Positions 38,773 to 47,931 of a stretch of 64,000 nucleotides of DNA are shown here, piece by piece. A model generated the notes under the pieces. That model worked only from the letters and a program-made list of their open reading frames with translations, had not been told where the DNA came from and did not search any database. Each line of letters opens with the position of its first letter. Within the stretch, counting starts at the first letter, position 1. The stretch is taken from contig CAXVYR010000002.1 in NCBI GenBank assembly GCA_963666975.2, positions 32,001 to 96,000 on the forward strand, given 5' to 3'. This DNA is from Terriglobia bacterium. Lineage in GTDB: Bacteria > Acidobacteriota > Terriglobia > 2-12-FULL-54-10. Both the position numbers and the translations under genes were made by a program.

Positions 38773-41178
38773 TCAAATCTCCTTGGTCTCCTTTACGGCC
38801 CTCACAACTTTTTGAGGTGTAATCGGCAGCGAGACAACTTTAACATGGAAGGGAGAAAGGGCGTCTTCCACCGCGTTGGCCACGGCGGCGACAGAACCAA
38901 TCGCCCCTCCTTCTCCCACAGCCTTGGATCCCAAAAGGGTGTAAGGGCAGGGAGATTCCATATGGGCGAGCTCAATTCTCGGCAGTCCGCCGGCTACCGG
39001 CTTCATGTAATCCATGAAGGAAGCCGATAAGGGCTGCCCGTTCTCGTCATAAACGAATTCTTCCAAAAGGGCCGCTCCGATTCCATGTACCGTCGAGCCG
39101 ATAGTCATGCCCTCCACGATCCCGGGATTGAGCTGCCTGCCGCAATCATGAACGATGACGTATTTGAGGAAGGTTACTTCTCCGGTCTCCATATCCACCT
39201 CCACCGCGACCACGTGGACGGAGTTGGAATGGGTAATTTGCACATTAAAGTCATCCCTGCTGGGACGTTTCGCCATGGAGTTTTTGTAATAGGCGATCTC
39301 CTTCAATCCCGGCTCCACGCCATCGGGAAGCAGTAGAATTTTTTTGTAGGCCAGAGAAGCAATCTCCTGGAATGAAACCGATTTCTGCTCGTCCTTGCTG
39401 GAACAGACCGCTCCGTTCTTCAACTGGAGTTCCCCTGTTTCCTCTCCCAACATGTGGGAAGCGATCCGAACCATTTTGTCTCTGACCTTTTTGGTGGCCA
39501 TAATGACGGCGCCGAGATCCACATCGTTGAACTTGTTGGAATAGGCCCCGGAATGGCCGAGAAACGGCGAGACCAAAGAATCGAGATGTGAATCGACCGA
39601 CACTCTTTCCGGATGGATGTCCAGCATATCCGCAATCACCTGGGTAATGGTGGTTGCATGGCCCTGGCCTTGGTCTACGGAACCCATCACCACATTCACG
39701 TTCCCGTCATAGTCGATGCTGACGATCGCGCCCTCGGCATTCCCCATGTATTCAGGGACACCCCTGGAGGTGTAGTAATACCCCAGGTTCGAGGTTCCCG
39801 GCTCTATTCCCGCGCTGATGCCTAAACCGATGTACTTCCCCTTTTTCCGCATTTCCATCTGCTGCTTTTTTAACTCGTTATAACCGCTCAGGCTCAATGC
39901 TTTCTGGAGACATTCCGGATAGTTTCCGCTTTCGTAGATTTCACCCGAAGGGGTGGTGTAAGGCATCTGCTTCGGCTGGACAAAGTTGCGGAAGCGAATC
40001 TCGACCGGGTCCAGCCCCAGTTTCTTGGCTGCTATGTCCATCATCCTTTCGAGAACAAAGATCATGGTGGGCTTGCCTACGCCCCGGTTCTGAACCGTGG
40101 GACCCTTCTGGGTCACGACGCTGATTAACTCGGCCCGGGTCGCTCGAATGTCGTAGCAGCCGACCATCGTGGCGAATTTGATCAGCCCATAGATGCCTGC
40201 CGTATGGACGAAGGAGCCGTCGTTTTCGATATCCTTGATAAAGAGGCCCAGAATCTTCCCGTCTTTTTTCATGGGCAGTTCAATCTCCACATCACAATCG
40301 GGCGCATGGCTGCCGCCCAGCAGGTGCTCTCTTCTGGTTTGCACCCACTTCACCGGCTTATCGACCTTTTTAGCCAGCAGACAAAGAATGACGATGTAGG
40401 GCCAGATGGCGAGTTTGATGCCGAAGCCTCCGCCGCTGTCGGGAACGATCAGCCGAAACCGGTTATTGGGAATGCCCAGCGTGTTGCAGACGTTCGTGGT
40501 GCTCCTGCCCGGCTGCTGGTCATTCGCCCACACGACGAAGGAGTCGTTTCCCTTCTCGTGTTTTGCGATCATGGCCCAATTTTCCAGCGGAGTTGAGCTG
40601 TACCTGTGAACCCGGAAGTGTTCCTTGACAACCAAGTCGGCCTCTTGGTAAGCGGCATCCATATTGCCGTGCTCCAGCTTGTCATGAAGCAGCACGTTGC
40701 TCCCCGCCTCTTCAAAGATCAAAGGGGAGTCATTCTTCAGGGCGTCCTCAATCTCCACTACCACTGGCAGCGGCTCATACTCCACATCGATCAGCTCCAG
40801 AGCGTCTTCGGCAATGTAGCGGTCCTCGGCGGCAACAGCCACAAGCGGCTCGCCTACGTAGCGGACCTTTTTATCGGCCATCACGTACTGAATGGCAGGC
40901 TGAGTGATGGCTCTCGCTACGATCGGTTTTGTCTGCTTCGCCACCTCCGGCCCGCTCACCACCGCGATGACCCCCTTGAGCGCCTCGGCCTTGCTGGTGT
41001 CGATCTTTGTGATGCGCGCGTGAGCGTAAACACTTCTCAGGAACGCGACATGCGCGCAATCCATGTCCAGATCATCCACATAGGCGCCCTCGCCTTTGAT
41101 TAAGCGGATATCCTCGTCTCTCCGGACGGGCTTGCCGACCCAGTTCCTCGTCACAAAGATCTCATCTAAATTCATCAT
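38773..41178 (-). CDS. Xanthine dehydrogenase-family molybdopterin-binding large subunit (CoxL-like)
   Basis: RSVYAHARI, GGGFGIK, QGQGHATT, DCGRQLNP, KAVGEGG; ATGA overlap with small subunit. Confidence 0.93.
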   Translation of the reverse strand: MMNLDEIFVTRNWVGKPVRRDEDIRLIKGEGAYVDDLDMDCAHVAFLRSVYAHARITKIDTSKAEALKGVIAVVSGPEVAKQTKPIVARAITQPAIQYVMADKKVRYVGEPLVAVAAEDRYIAEDALELIDVEYEPLPVVVEIEDALKNDSPLIFEEAGSNVLLHDKLEHGNMDAAYQEADLVVKEHFRVHRYSSTPLENWAMIAKHEKGNDSFVVWANDQQPGRSTTNVCNTLGIPNNRFRLIVPDSGGGFGIKLAIWPYIVILCLLAKKVDKPVKWVQTRREHLLGGSHAPDCDVEIELPMKKDGKILGLFIKDIENDGSFVHTAGIYGLIKFATMVGCYDIRATRAELISVVTQKGPTVQNRGVGKPTMIFVLERMMDIAAKKLGLDPVEIRFRNFVQPKQMPYTTPSGEIYESGNYPECLQKALSLSGYNELKKQQMEMRKKGKYIGLGISAGIEPGTSNLGYYYTSRGVPEYMGNAEGAIVSIDYDGNVNVVMGSVDQGQGHATTITQVIADMLDIHPERVSVDSHLDSLVSPFLGHSGAYSNKFNDVDLGAVIMATKKVRDKMVRIASHMLGEETGELQLKNGAVCSSKDEQKSVSFQEIASLAYKKILLLPDGVEPGLKEIAYYKNSMAKRPSRDDFNVQITHSNSVHVVAVEVDMETGEVTFLKYVIVHDCGRQLNPGIVEGMTIGSTVHGIGAALLEEFVYDENGQPLSASFMDYMKPVAGGLPRIELAHMESPCPYTLLGSKAVGEGGAIGSVAAVANAVEDALSPFHVKVVSLPITPQKVVRAVKETKEI

Positions 41179-41657
41179 AGGGCTTTCCCCGCGGACCCTT
41201 TTATCATTTCTGCCGCATATTTTATGGCGTCGACAATTTGCTGGTAGCCGGTGCACATGCACAGGTTCCCCTCAATCGCCTCGCGAATCTCGGCTTCGCT
41301 GGGCTCTGCGTTGGATTCGAGCAAGGAAACAGCGCTTAGAAGCATACCCGGAGTACAATAGCCGCACTGCACGGCGAATCGGTTCAGGAAGGCTTCCTGA
41401 ACGGGGTGTAGGCCATTCCCGGCAAGACCCTCTACGGTTGTGATCTCGGCTCGATTGGCTTGAACGGCCAGCATCATGCAGGATTTGACGGGCTTCCCAT
41501 TATAAAAAACCGTGCAAGCCCCGCAATTTCCCGTATCACAACCCACGTGCGTTCCCGTAAGCCTCGCTTTCTCGCGGATGTAATGGACGAGCAGAAGCCT
41601 GGCGTCCACTTCATGCTCGTAGTCCTTTCCGTTGATTCTCGCTTGGACCCTGTGCAT
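41175..41657 (-). CDS. [2Fe-2S] small subunit (CoxS-like)
   Basis: GCDTGNCGACTV, QCGYCTPG, NLCMCTGY. Confidence 0.95.
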   Translation of the reverse strand: MHRVQARINGKDYEHEVDARLLLVHYIREKARLTGTHVGCDTGNCGACTVFYNGKPVKSCMMLAVQANRAEITTVEGLAGNGLHPVQEAFLNRFAVQCGYCTPGMLLSAVSLLESNAEPSEAEIREAIEGNLCMCTGYQQIVDAIKYAAEMIKGSAGKAL

Positions 41658-41666
41658 GGCTCACCC

Positions 41667-43061
41667 CTAGATCACCGGCCACTTGGGCTTGACCTTTTCT
41701 TCCAGCTTGGTTTTTTTCAAAATGCCCGGCATGAGGCGCGCGATTTCATCGTAAATTTTCTCTTCATCCACCGTTTGCAGTTGGCGGCCCTCCATCAGGA
41801 TTTTCCCGTCGCAAATCACCGTGTCCACGCTGCCACCCGTGGCGCTGTACACCAGGTTCGAGACAGGATTGTACAGAGGCTGCCATTGCGGCGTGCGGGC
41901 GTTGAAGAGGGTTACGTCCGCTTTTTTGCCGGCCTCGAGCGAGCCGATCTCTTTCTCCCAAAGGGCGCAGCGCGCACCATTGATGGTCGCCATCTCAATC
42001 ACTCGCTCGGGCGGCATCACGCCCGTGTTCAGCCGGACTTCCTTATAGACCCCCGCTTCCAACGACATCTCTTGCACCAGGTCCACAATCCCCGAAGAAG
42101 CATGGTCCGAGCCTAAGCCCACCGCCAAGCCCATCTCCAGAAACTCCGGAATCTTTCCCATCAAAATACAGCCGTACGCGTTATGCAGGCTGGAGCTGGG
42201 CGAGGAGACGATCTTCACGTCGGACTCCACCATCCACTGCAACTCATGCGGACTCACCCATGCCGAATGCACCAGAAGCAGATTGGGTCCCAGCACGCCG
42301 AGACGCTTCAAACGCTCGATCTCCGGCACGCCGAATTGTGTTTTGGAAGCCTCCATCGTATCCCTGGAAAAGCAGGCATGCGTTTGCACCCCGGTCCCAT
42401 AACGGTCGGCAAGCTCTTTGAGCCGTGTAATCAACTGGTCCGTTGAGTTAGGAATGCCTCGGAATTGAAACCAAGCGCGAATCCGGCCGTTGTAAGCGCC
42501 GTTCCATTCCTGGACCACTTTTTCCGCCCGTTCCACGGCTTGATCGGTGGTTTCAATGAACCTCTCCGGCAGCCGTCCAAAGCTCGATTTCGTGATATCC
42601 AAAGAACTCTTGGCGACGATGCAACGGATTCCAACCTCTCCCACAGCCCGCGCCGTTTGGTGCGGATGGTAGGTGCCGGCGTCAATAAACGTGGTCACCC
42701 CGTTGCGCAGCAACTCCAAGACGCACAGCATGGCGCTCCAGTAGCTTTCCTCTTCGGTTAATAACCCCTCATACGGGTACATGCGCTCGAAGAGAAATTT
42801 CTGCGCGCTGACCTCATCCGCCAGACCCCGGCTGAGATGAAAGGCGCTGTGCATGTGGCCATCGATCAGGCCGGGCAATACCACCTTGCCGCGGGCATCG
42901 ATCACCCGCCGTGCCGATGCATGTTGCGGTTCCAGGTCCTGGGTTTTGCCGATTGCGACGATTTGGTCGTCCCGGATAGCAATGGCGCCGGAGGTGAAAA
43001 TGCGCCGCTCCGCATCCACCGTGATCATCCAATCCGCATCCCGGATGAATATGTCAGTCAT
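41667..43061 (-). CDS. Metal-dependent amidohydrolase (deaminase/AtzB-like)
   Basis: PGLIDGHMH, GLGSD, MATINGA, GSLEAGKKAD. Confidence 0.9.
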   Translation of the reverse strand: MTDIFIRDADWMITVDAERRIFTSGAIAIRDDQIVAIGKTQDLEPQHASARRVIDARGKVVLPGLIDGHMHSAFHLSRGLADEVSAQKFLFERMYPYEGLLTEEESYWSAMLCVLELLRNGVTTFIDAGTYHPHQTARAVGEVGIRCIVAKSSLDITKSSFGRLPERFIETTDQAVERAEKVVQEWNGAYNGRIRAWFQFRGIPNSTDQLITRLKELADRYGTGVQTHACFSRDTMEASKTQFGVPEIERLKRLGVLGPNLLLVHSAWVSPHELQWMVESDVKIVSSPSSSLHNAYGCILMGKIPEFLEMGLAVGLGSDHASSGIVDLVQEMSLEAGVYKEVRLNTGVMPPERVIEMATINGARCALWEKEIGSLEAGKKADVTLFNARTPQWQPLYNPVSNLVYSATGGSVDTVICDGKILMEGRQLQTVDEEKIYDEIARLMPGILKKTKLEEKVKPKWPVI

Positions 43062-43394
43062 ATCGATTGAGTCCTTCCGGATCGGCCCCCCATCGGCTGG
43101 AAATTACCCATTCCACAGTCACCGTTTTTCGACATGGGGGGGTCAGGGAAGATTTGCAATATTATCCATACCGCTTCAAATTGCAAGCAAAATCAATGGA
43201 TGGCGCGCCCTGAGGCGGGGGTTCTTTCCCTTGAGCGGACATCTTTCTTCTGCTACCCTTCCCTCCGCCGTAATTTCCGGTTGAGCGGGCACCGGCATTG
43301 CATCCGGCATTGAACCCATCATTGAATCCATTGAGGAATCTATTGAGGAAGCCATCATAATTTTCTTTTCCAGGAGGTCACCCAGGAGGTCGCG

Positions 43395-44411
43395 ATGATC
43401 CTAGATATCTTTCCGCACATCTTTCCCCGTCCCTTTTACGAGGCCATGTTGAAGACCGAGCGTTCCGCCTACATGCAGAGACGCGTCAGCGCCATTCCCG
43501 TTCTGCTCGACCTGGAATTGCGGTTCCGCATCATGGATCAGTTTCCCGGCTACCAGCAGGTCCTTACGATGGCCTCGCCTCCGCTGGAGGCCGCAGGAAC
43601 CCCTGAAACCTCGCCCGAGCTGGCACGCATCGCCAATGACGGGTTGGCTGAGCTGACAGCCAAGCACCCTGACCGCTTCCCGACCTTTGCAGCCTCTCTT
43701 CCAATGAACAACATGGATGCCTGCCTGACGGAGGTGGACCGCGTCGTCCAGCAGCTCGGAGCACGGGGCGTGCAGATATTCAGCAACGTGAACGGACGCC
43801 CTCTGGATGACCCCGAGTTCCGTCCGCTGTTTGAGCGAATGGCCGCGCACGACCTGCCCATCTGGCTGCATCCGATACGCAGCGCCTCTTTCCCTGACTA
43901 TCAGTCGGAAAAAAAGTCCCGCCATGAAATGTGGTTTATCTTCGGATGGCCCTATGAAACCAGCATCGCGATGAGCCGCATAGTCCTTGCCGGCATGTTT
44001 GCTGAGTTTCCGAACCTGAAAGTGATTGCGCACCACACGGGCGGCATGGTGCCTTTCTTCGAAGGCCGCGTTGGACCGGGTCTGGACACTTTGGGTTCCC
44101 GCACGCCAAAAGATGAACAGGACCTGGTCAAAACCAATCTCAAAGGACGCCCGATCGATCACTTTCGGAAGTTTTACGCCGATACAGCGTCGTTCGGAGC
44201 GGTGGGACAGATCGTATGCGGCATGGGTTTCTTTGGGGTGGACCACATGCTCTTCGCCTCCGATATGCCCTTTGACCCGGAAAAAGGACCCGGCTTTATC
44301 CGCGAGACCATCCGCGCGATCGAGGCGATGGCGATTGCGCCCACAGACCGCGCGAAAATCTACGAGGAGAATGCCCGCCGCGTTCTGAAGCTGCCCAAGG
44401 CGAGTTCTTAA
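43395..44411 (+). CDS. Amidohydrolase_2 family protein (ACMSD/decarboxylase-like)
   Basis: DIFPH, PIWLHP, GWPYET, AHHTGG, FASDMPF. Confidence 0.9.
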   Translation: MILDIFPHIFPRPFYEAMLKTERSAYMQRRVSAIPVLLDLELRFRIMDQFPGYQQVLTMASPPLEAAGTPETSPELARIANDGLAELTAKHPDRFPTFAASLPMNNMDACLTEVDRVVQQLGARGVQIFSNVNGRPLDDPEFRPLFERMAAHDLPIWLHPIRSASFPDYQSEKKSRHEMWFIFGWPYETSIAMSRIVLAGMFAEFPNLKVIAHHTGGMVPFFEGRVGPGLDTLGSRTPKDEQDLVKTNLKGRPIDHFRKFYADTASFGAVGQIVCGMGFFGVDHMLFASDMPFDPEKGPGFIRETIRAIEAMAIAPTDRAKIYEENARRVLKLPKASS

Positions 44412-44498
44412 GAAACTTTGGGAGCAATCCGAGAATAGCAGGCTCTTTTATTTTTGGAGTTGCCTGCTGCTTTTTCGATCCTGCTGGCTTTCCTCTAA

Positions 44499-44628
44499 CA
44501 GCTTGTTGAAAAAAGGATTTTGAACGACGCTACGAACACGTAAATCGTTGTAACCCATTGATTCTTCGTTCGACGGCATTACAGAAAAGTGGTTTTCGGG
44601 CAGGCGAAAATGATTTTTCAACAAGCTG
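44499..44628. mobile_element. 130-bp MITE with perfect 15-bp TIRs and CTAA target duplication
   Basis: CTAA|CAGCTTGTTGAAAAA ... TTTTTCAACAAGCTG|CTAA. Confidence 0.88.
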
Positions 44629-44679
44629 CTAAGCGCTTTCCCCAAGTGTTTCTTTCTATCCGTGTAGCAGGGGGCCGGT

Positions 44680-46080
44680 TTGGAGGCTGCGAGCAAAGAC
44701 GAAAGCGGGACCAGAGAACGCGGCAGTGGCCCCTCCACAAGCCGGAATCGGCTCGTTTCCCTGGGAATCATCCTGGCAGCGATGGCGATTGTATTGTTTG
44801 CCGTTCCCCGGCCGGAGGCCATCCAGCCGGAAGGTTGGCGTCTGCTGGCCATCTTTGTGGGAACGGTCATAGCCCTGATGCTGAACCCGTTTGCGGGAGG
44901 CGCAGCGGTGCTCCTGGCAATTACGGCAACCATCGCCACCGGAACGCTTTCGCCCGGCGAGGCCTTGTCGGGCTATTCGAACCCTACCGTTTGGCTGGTG
45001 CTGGCAGCGTTTTTCATCGCCCGTTCCCTGCTCAAGACGGGCCTGGCGCGCCGGATCGCCCTCAATTTTGTCCGCCGCATAGGACACAGTTCGCTGGGAT
45101 TGGGTTACTCCATCGTCTTTTCCAACGTAGTCCTGGCCGCCGTGATCCCCTCCAACACGGCCCGCAGCGGCGGAGTGCTTCTTCCCATCACCCGGAGCTT
45201 GGCTGAAATCTACCACTCTCACCCGGGAGCTAGCAGCAGCCTGCTGGGAACGTTTTTGATGCTGACCCTGTATCAGGGAGACGTAATCGCCTGCGCAATG
45301 TTTTTGACCGGGCAGGCCAGCAACCTGCTGGGGCGGAATTCGCGACGTAGACAGCCCATGTTCCCGTCGATTGGACGCGATGGCTGTGGGCTGCCCTGCT
45401 CCCCGGACTGGTCTCGCTTGCGCTGGTGCCCTGGGTGATCTTCCGGATCACCAAACCCGGCATCGCACGCACTCCGGCCGCCGCGGAATTTGCCCGCAAG
45501 GAGCTCCAGGATATGGGCCCCAGGAGCCTCCAGGAAAATATCGTGCTGGCCGTTTTTATCGCCGTCTGTGGCTTGTGGATTACGGCGCGCTTCCATTCCT
45601 TCACCACGACCACCGTCGCCCTGCTCGGTGTCTCAGCACTGCTGGTCAGCGGCATCCTCACCTGGCGCGATGCCTTGGAAGAACATGCTGCCTGGGATGT
45701 GTTCATTTGGTACGGCGGGCTGTTTGCGATGGGGGAGTGCATTGCACGAGTTCGGCGTCACTTCTGAATTTGCCCGTTTGGTTTCCAGCCTCTTTACAGG
45801 ATGGGGCTGGCTATGGGTTTTGTTCCTGATTGGATTAATTTTTTTCTACGCCCATTATGGTTTTGCCAGCATCACGGCTCACATGGTCTCCATGTACCCT
45901 CCTTTTTTAGGCGTGTTGCTGCTGCTCGGAGCGCCGCCCGGGGCAGCCGCCTTTCTCCTGCTCTTCTTCGCTAATCTCAACGCCGGCTTGACCCACTACG
46001 GGACCGTCCCCGCCCCGATCGTCTTTGGGACAGGCTACGTCTCGCAAGGACTCTGGTGGAAGGTAGGATTCCTCGTGTAG
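44680..46080 (+). pseudogene. DASS anion permease (CitT/2-oxoglutarate-malate type), two frameshifts and a truncated end
   Basis: IPSNTARSGG, MFLTGQASN, then frame changes near 45330 and 45735; HYGFASITAH, LTHYGT.PAP. Confidence 0.85.
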
Positions 46081-46429
46081 CGCCATCCTGCAAAAACGCA
46101 ATCGCATCAAGGAAAAAACTATGATCTTAAGAAAACAGTTGCACTTTAAAAGAAGGGCGGCCTAACATCAACCCAGAGGAGCCAGAACACTACCTTATTT
46201 TCTTACCCTCTGTGTCCCAAATTATCTGACGACGTACACTTCCGTGCCGCCTAAAGAGCATTTGGAGAAAGTCGCCGCCGCCTGGGCAAGCTACGGAATT
46301 GGGGAAGTCAAGCCCAAGGAGAAATAACAGAACCGATCTGTCCCCTGGATTTTGTTCTGTAATGTCCGGCTTTTCAGCATGACGGATTCCCAGACCCAGA
46401 ATCCGCGCAAGACCCGATGTAAGCGCACC

Positions 46430-47881
46430 ATGAAGCTGCTGCTGCAATTCGCCTCCGGTCCTTTTACTCTTCTTGTTTTGTATCTGCTTCCCTATGACGC
46501 CCCATCGTCAGACGGCCGCATCGCGCTGGCAATCTTCGGGTGGATGGTGATGTGGTGGATGACCCAGCCGGTCCCTTGGGCCATCACCGCAGTGCTCCCG
46601 CTGTTGTTGTTCCCGGGCTTTCAGCTCATGACGATTGGCAATACCGTCAGCCTGTACGGGCAAAACATTTTCTTTTGGGTCATGGGCACGATCCTGATGG
46701 GTTATGCGATGCAGCGCCATGGGCTGGCGAAACGCTTTGCACTTTGGTTTTTGTCGCGGCGCGCGGTGGGCGGCAACACCTACCGCTTGGTCTTCGGGTT
46801 TATGCTGGTGACAGCCCTGGTCTCGATCTTTATTTCCAACGCCGCCACGGTAGCCATGATGATGCCCGTGGGGATATCTCTGGTCTCTTTTGTCCGGACG
46901 ATCTCGGGGATCGCCCCCTCGAAAAAGAGCAATTTGGGAGCCTTGATGGCGCTCGGCGCCCTCTACGGTGCGGTAGCCGGCGGCACAGCCAGCATGATGG
47001 GAACTCCTTACAATGCCTTGAGCGTTGACCTGTTGCAAACACTGACCGGACGCGCTTTCGGATTTTTCAACTGGATGGCCGCTTGCGTGCCCATTTTCCT
47101 GGTCACACTCGTTACGTTCTATTTTGTCCTGCGCTTGTTCTTGCGGCCTGAGATTATACGCATTCCCGGCGGCGAGGAGTTTATCCGGGGGGAACGAGAC
47201 AAGATGGGCAGCCTCACTGCGGGCGAGCGAGCCACCCTTTTCGTTTTTCTGGTGATGGTCTTCCTGTTCACGCTGCCGACGCTGATCGATTTGACGCTGG
47301 GCACGGAGCACTCGCTGGCGAAGTGGGCTGACACGGCGCTGTCCATCTGGATTGTGCCGCCTACGATTTTGCTGCTGCTGTTCTCGGTGCCGGCGAATTG
47401 GAGAAAAGCCGAATTCGTCTTGACGTGGCGCGAGGCGGTAGAGCACGCCCCCTGGAACATCATGATCCTGTGCACGGGGGCAGTGGCCGTCACCAGCGCG
47501 CTCGTTCAGTTTGGCTTCGTCGATTTCGCAAAAACCCTGGTCGCCGGGATGGGCCTGGGTCAGTATTCGGTACCGTTCGTCTCTGCTTTGCTTGTGGCTC
47601 TCGGCACCAACTTCCTCTCCGGAACGGCAGCCACCGCGCTGTTCGGGACCATCTTGATCCCGGCATCCCAGCAGATCGGTTTTAACCCCGCCTCCATGGC
47701 TATGCTGATTCCCAACGTGGCTACGGGAATCATGCTGCCCTGGGCAGGCGCAACGGCGGGAACGGCCTTCGCCACCGGCGAGGTGGATATGAAGAACATG
47801 ATCCGGGTCGGCGCGGTCGCCACGTTAGTGTTCTCGTTGCTGGTGGCAGGTATCCACACGTTGCTGGCTCCCATCGTCTAG
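46430..47881 (+). CDS. SLC13/DASS-family transporter (paralog 2)
   Basis: Collinear with 21791-23242 from MKLLLQFASGP to LLAPIV; ISNAAT and GTPYN motifs. Confidence 0.9.
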   Translation: MKLLLQFASGPFTLLVLYLLPYDAPSSDGRIALAIFGWMVMWWMTQPVPWAITAVLPLLLFPGFQLMTIGNTVSLYGQNIFFWVMGTILMGYAMQRHGLAKRFALWFLSRRAVGGNTYRLVFGFMLVTALVSIFISNAATVAMMMPVGISLVSFVRTISGIAPSKKSNLGALMALGALYGAVAGGTASMMGTPYNALSVDLLQTLTGRAFGFFNWMAACVPIFLVTLVTFYFVLRLFLRPEIIRIPGGEEFIRGERDKMGSLTAGERATLFVFLVMVFLFTLPTLIDLTLGTEHSLAKWADTALSIWIVPPTILLLLFSVPANWRKAEFVLTWREAVEHAPWNIMILCTGAVAVTSALVQFGFVDFAKTLVAGMGLGQYSVPFVSALLVALGTNFLSGTAATALFGTILIPASQQIGFNPASMAMLIPNVATGIMLPWAGATAGTAFATGEVDMKNMIRVGAVATLVFSLLVAGIHTLLAPIV

Positions 47882-47904
47882 CAGGTTGTTGAAAAACGCC
47901 ATTT
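47878..47904. repeat. Solo MITE end
   Basis: CTAGCAGGTTGTTGAAAAACGCCATTT; 24 bp match the reverse complement of 23576-23599. Confidence 0.7.
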
Positions 47905-47931
47905 GCCCGCTTCCATTTCCCTCCCGAACCT

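Noticed and set aside
37821-41657. Aerobic CO dehydrogenase call
   Set aside because: Lacks the AYxCSFR motif and the M-S-L gene order of form I CODH.
43176-43358. 60-aa Met/Ser-rich ORF
   Set aside because: Arises from short tandem repeats in a divergent promoter region; no support for coding.
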